This document shows, piece by piece, positions 61,914 through 64,000 of a stretch of 64,000 bases of DNA. The DNA lies in IMG/VR virus record IMGVR_UViG_3300045988_164842, positions 24,293-88,292 of that record. One strand, 5' to 3'. The stretch comes from a virus. Numbering within the stretch: the stretch's first letter is position 1; each line of letters starts with the position of its first letter. The translations under genes and the position numbers were made by a program. Under the pieces are notes generated by a model, which ran no database searches, was not told the DNA's origin, and saw only the letters and a list, made by a program, of their open reading frames with translations.

Positions 61914-63716
61914 TTAATAATTATCCCACCATTTCTTCAAGGCTTCGTTTTCTACCGAAGTCTGCGGTACTGGGTGTGTTTGCATGGCTTCCCACAGCTT
62001 GTAAAATACTGCATCACCGCCCATTACGGATGATTGAACATTCTTTATGTTTATAGTCTGATACGCTCCAGAAAGTTCAGTCTTCATAGATTCAAGAGAT
62101 ACTCCTGCGTTTTCATAGTAGTCGCAGATTTTGTCAACCTGTTCGTCTGTAAGTCTCCAGTACAGGTCAAGAGGTATCTGTGTCACCATGTCAGCCACAG
62201 AAACTTTAGAACGCCTCTTTGCTTCTTTGCTGTACCTTATTCTTTCAGCTTCAGTACAGCAAGTGTCGGGGGCATCGTAGTCAAATAAATCTGTATCGAA
62301 ATTTGACTCCCAGTCAAGGAAACCTTTCTTTCTTACCACTGGGGGGGTCGCATATTCCACTTTGCGTGGATATTTTGATACAGTCGCAGTGGTGTTTACA
62401 GCATTTGTAGCAGTATCACCTGTAGCAAAGATATTCGGCATATCAACCCCTATCTTAGTCAACAGGTTTCTGACCACGCCTGCAAGGTAGTTAGCCGGGG
62501 CTTTTACTTCGTCTTTGGAAGCACAGAACACGCCCCATGCCTGTTTGAGAATGTCTTCTCTAAGATACTCAAACACGCCTCTGACATCAAAGACGTTAAG
62601 AACCTTTGCTATTTCTTTACTCGTAAGGGCTTTTCTATATGTTTCAGGGACATAAGCAGGTATGTCTGATGATGTACTTGTCGGTACAGGTGTAGAAATC
62701 GCCGTAGATTCAGGCTTGATAGGCGTTGTCATTACTGGTACTGGGGTAGGAGTAGCTACTGCCATCACAGGCTCCGGAGTAATTGGCGGTAAAACATCAG
62801 CAACTTTTTGCACTGTTTCTGCTACAGGGTTTATAATTTTTTCTTCAAGCCACTCACCGAGTTTAAAAGTCAGGCTCGCAGTCGCTCCGTTGTTTGTCGG
62901 TATCGGGAAATCAGACATCTGTTCTTCTACTTTCTTAGCTATCTCTTCTTGTTGTTTAAGTACGGAAGCGGAAGCAAAGAACATAATCTTTTCCTCTCTC
63001 TTGGTTCTTTTGCGGTCATATTCCCCGGCTTCATATGCAAGAGCTTTCTTTGTAGGGATAAGCTCAAAATCATTTTTATGCATATGGATTGATATACTTG
63101 TAAATTTTTTTCTGTCATAGTTTCTTTGAATATCAATCGAGAACCTTCCTTGTTGTGCTATTTCTCTACAGGCTTTACTCAGACAGACTACAAAAAATAC
63201 CCGAGGGATTTTGTAATTTACACCTAAAATGTCTTGAAGCTGATTGACACTATAGGTTTTTTCGCCTTTCTTCGCCCACTGAGTAAGGATTTCATAAAGG
63301 CGTATAGCTGGCAGTGAAGTATACCATCTGATTTCTTCCAGAGGGTATTTCACATAACCGCCTTTAAGGTCTGTAATATGTGTCAATATTTCATCAGAAA
63401 ACTGTGCTTTAATGTAATCACCATCAAAACTTATCGCTTTCCACACTTTTATTTTTTGTCCGTCCTGTAATGTGAAACACTGGTTGCGACTGTTCTCAAC
63501 CGCTGTCAAAAGATATCCATTTCCTCTGTCTTTGGTCGGGAAAATCTTTTTGAACTCGTCCGTATTGATGTAGATTTCTCCTTTTGTTTTTTCTATGTTC
63601 ATAGGATTGATTTTCGCTAAAACGTACAGGAACAGCCTGTATTCAGTCAAGCTCATGCTTTGACTTGCTTGCGTTAAAGCAACACTTTTCGATACTGTCA
63701 GTTTCTTTTCTTTCAT
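61914..63716 (-). CDS. Rep_3-type replication initiator with Pro/Thr linker and DnaD-like C-terminal region
   Basis: N-terminus KSVALTQASQSMSLTEYRLFLYVLAKINP (Rep_3 hallmark). Linker VATPTPVPVMTTPIKPESTAISTPVPTSTSS. C-terminal APANYLAGVVRNLL resembles the DnaD/DnaB_2 motif. GGAGG SD. Confidence 0.75.
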   Translation of the reverse strand: MKEKKLTVSKSVALTQASQSMSLTEYRLFLYVLAKINPMNIEKTKGEIYINTDEFKKIFPTKDRGNGYLLTAVENSRNQCFTLQDGQKIKVWKAISFDGDYIKAQFSDEILTHITDLKGGYVKYPLEEIRWYTSLPAIRLYEILTQWAKKGEKTYSVNQLQDILGVNYKIPRVFFVVCLSKACREIAQQGRFSIDIQRNYDRKKFTSISIHMHKNDFELIPTKKALAYEAGEYDRKRTKREEKIMFFASASVLKQQEEIAKKVEEQMSDFPIPTNNGATASLTFKLGEWLEEKIINPVAETVQKVADVLPPITPEPVMAVATPTPVPVMTTPIKPESTAISTPVPTSTSSDIPAYVPETYRKALTSKEIAKVLNVFDVRGVFEYLREDILKQAWGVFCASKDEVKAPANYLAGVVRNLLTKIGVDMPNIFATGDTATNAVNTTATVSKYPRKVEYATPPVVRKKGFLDWESNFDTDLFDYDAPDTCCTEAERIRYSKEAKRRSKVSVADMVTQIPLDLYWRLTDEQVDKICDYYENAGVSLESMKTELSGAYQTINIKNVQSSVMGGDAVFYKLWEAMQTHPVPQTSVENEALKKWWDNY

Positions 63717-63735
63717 CAGTTAAACCTCCTATAAT

Positions 63736-63769
63736 GAAAAAAACCATGTTGTGTTCCCTTCACAACATG
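63736..63769 (-). terminator. intrinsic terminator/attenuator 8 nt upstream of the rep SD
   Basis: 9-bp perfect stem CATGTTGTG (63745-63753) / CACAACATG (63761-63769), followed on the minus strand by G + T7. Confidence 0.6.
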
Positions 63770-63799
63770 ATTTATTAACGAAGTTTTAACTTTTTTGTC

Positions 63800-63829
63800 T
63801 TGCATTTTTTCTACCGTTCGTGGTACAAT
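63800..63829 (+). promoter_or_regulatory. candidate antisense promoter within the rep leader
   Basis: TTGCAT (63800-63805), 18 nt, TGGTACAAT (63821-63829), reading away from rep through its leader. Confidence 0.4.
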
Positions 63830-64000
63830 AGACTCAGGACATATGAAAAAAGCTGTTCTGGCTTCGATATGTTGTATGGGAACATATTTTAAGTATCTAT
63901 CAAAGAGGTGGAAGCCTTTGATAGATTGCAGGACGGTTTTTTTCATGTGTTCTGCTTTTTATGTTCGTATTTGCATTATATCACATAATGAAAAAAAAAG

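Noticed and set aside
63716-63946. 76-aa track ORF upstream of rep
   Set aside because: It has no SD and begins about 20 nt from the predicted TSS. It contains the terminator hairpin and ends in the rep SD, so it is better explained as the rep leader RNA.
1-64000. Stop-codon recoding (suggested by the UUA-anticodon tRNA)
   Set aside because: Very long ORFs, including a 2225-aa gene, are intact under the standard code. TAA, TGA and TAG are all used as terminators at sensible gene ends with SD-start signals immediately after. There is no pattern of same-frame ORF fragments split by TAA.
1-64000. Diversity-generating retroelement or retron acting on the fibre/LRR genes
   Set aside because: No reverse-transcriptase-like ORF is present anywhere in the window, and I noticed no template/variable repeat pair.

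Overview
The window reads as most of a roughly 64-kb long-tailed (siphovirus-like) phage or phage-plasmid. The host is probably a low-GC Gram-positive anaerobe, inferred from GGAGG-type SDs, a class III RNR, a GH25 lysin and BspA-type LRRs. Layout: (i) 1-20.3 kb is all minus strand. It carries Bro-N/antirepressor paralogs, dUTPase, NrdD/NrdG with glutaredoxin-like and FTR-like genes, ThyX, a sliding clamp and an XerC/D-type tyrosine recombinase. It also holds a terminator-bounded AT-rich accessory operon (9.4-13.0 kb) and a block of unknown, partly very acidic early-type genes with recurrent leader motifs. (ii) 20.4-22.3 kb is a 1.9-kb ORF-free hub with consensus promoters in both directions, many hairpins and iteron-like repeats. 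(iii) 22.3-57.3 kb is all plus strand. It starts with translationally coupled helicase, sigma factor and a YonO/RdRP-like single-subunit RNA polymerase candidate. A class II tRNA with anticodon UUA (ochre-suppressor type) follows, then HU, terminase, portal, scaffold, capsid and tail genes including a 2225-aa tape measure. The arm ends with LRR/PKD and Kelch-type fibres, a PAPS-reductase-like gene inside the fibre module, holin and endolysin. (iv) 57.3-64 kb is minus strand. An ORF6N antirepressor and an RHH repressor are separated by a 69-nt antisense RNA unit (P22 immI-like). A second antisense unit of identical geometry lies between two unknown genes. An IS607-type TnpA/TnpB element and a Rep_3-type initiator with an attenuator-like leader complete the arm. 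I saw no rRNA, CRISPR array, reverse transcriptase or evidence of stop-codon recoding. All family calls come from motif recognition by eye; no searches were run. Start codons were re-picked where the ORF track start sat inside an SD.
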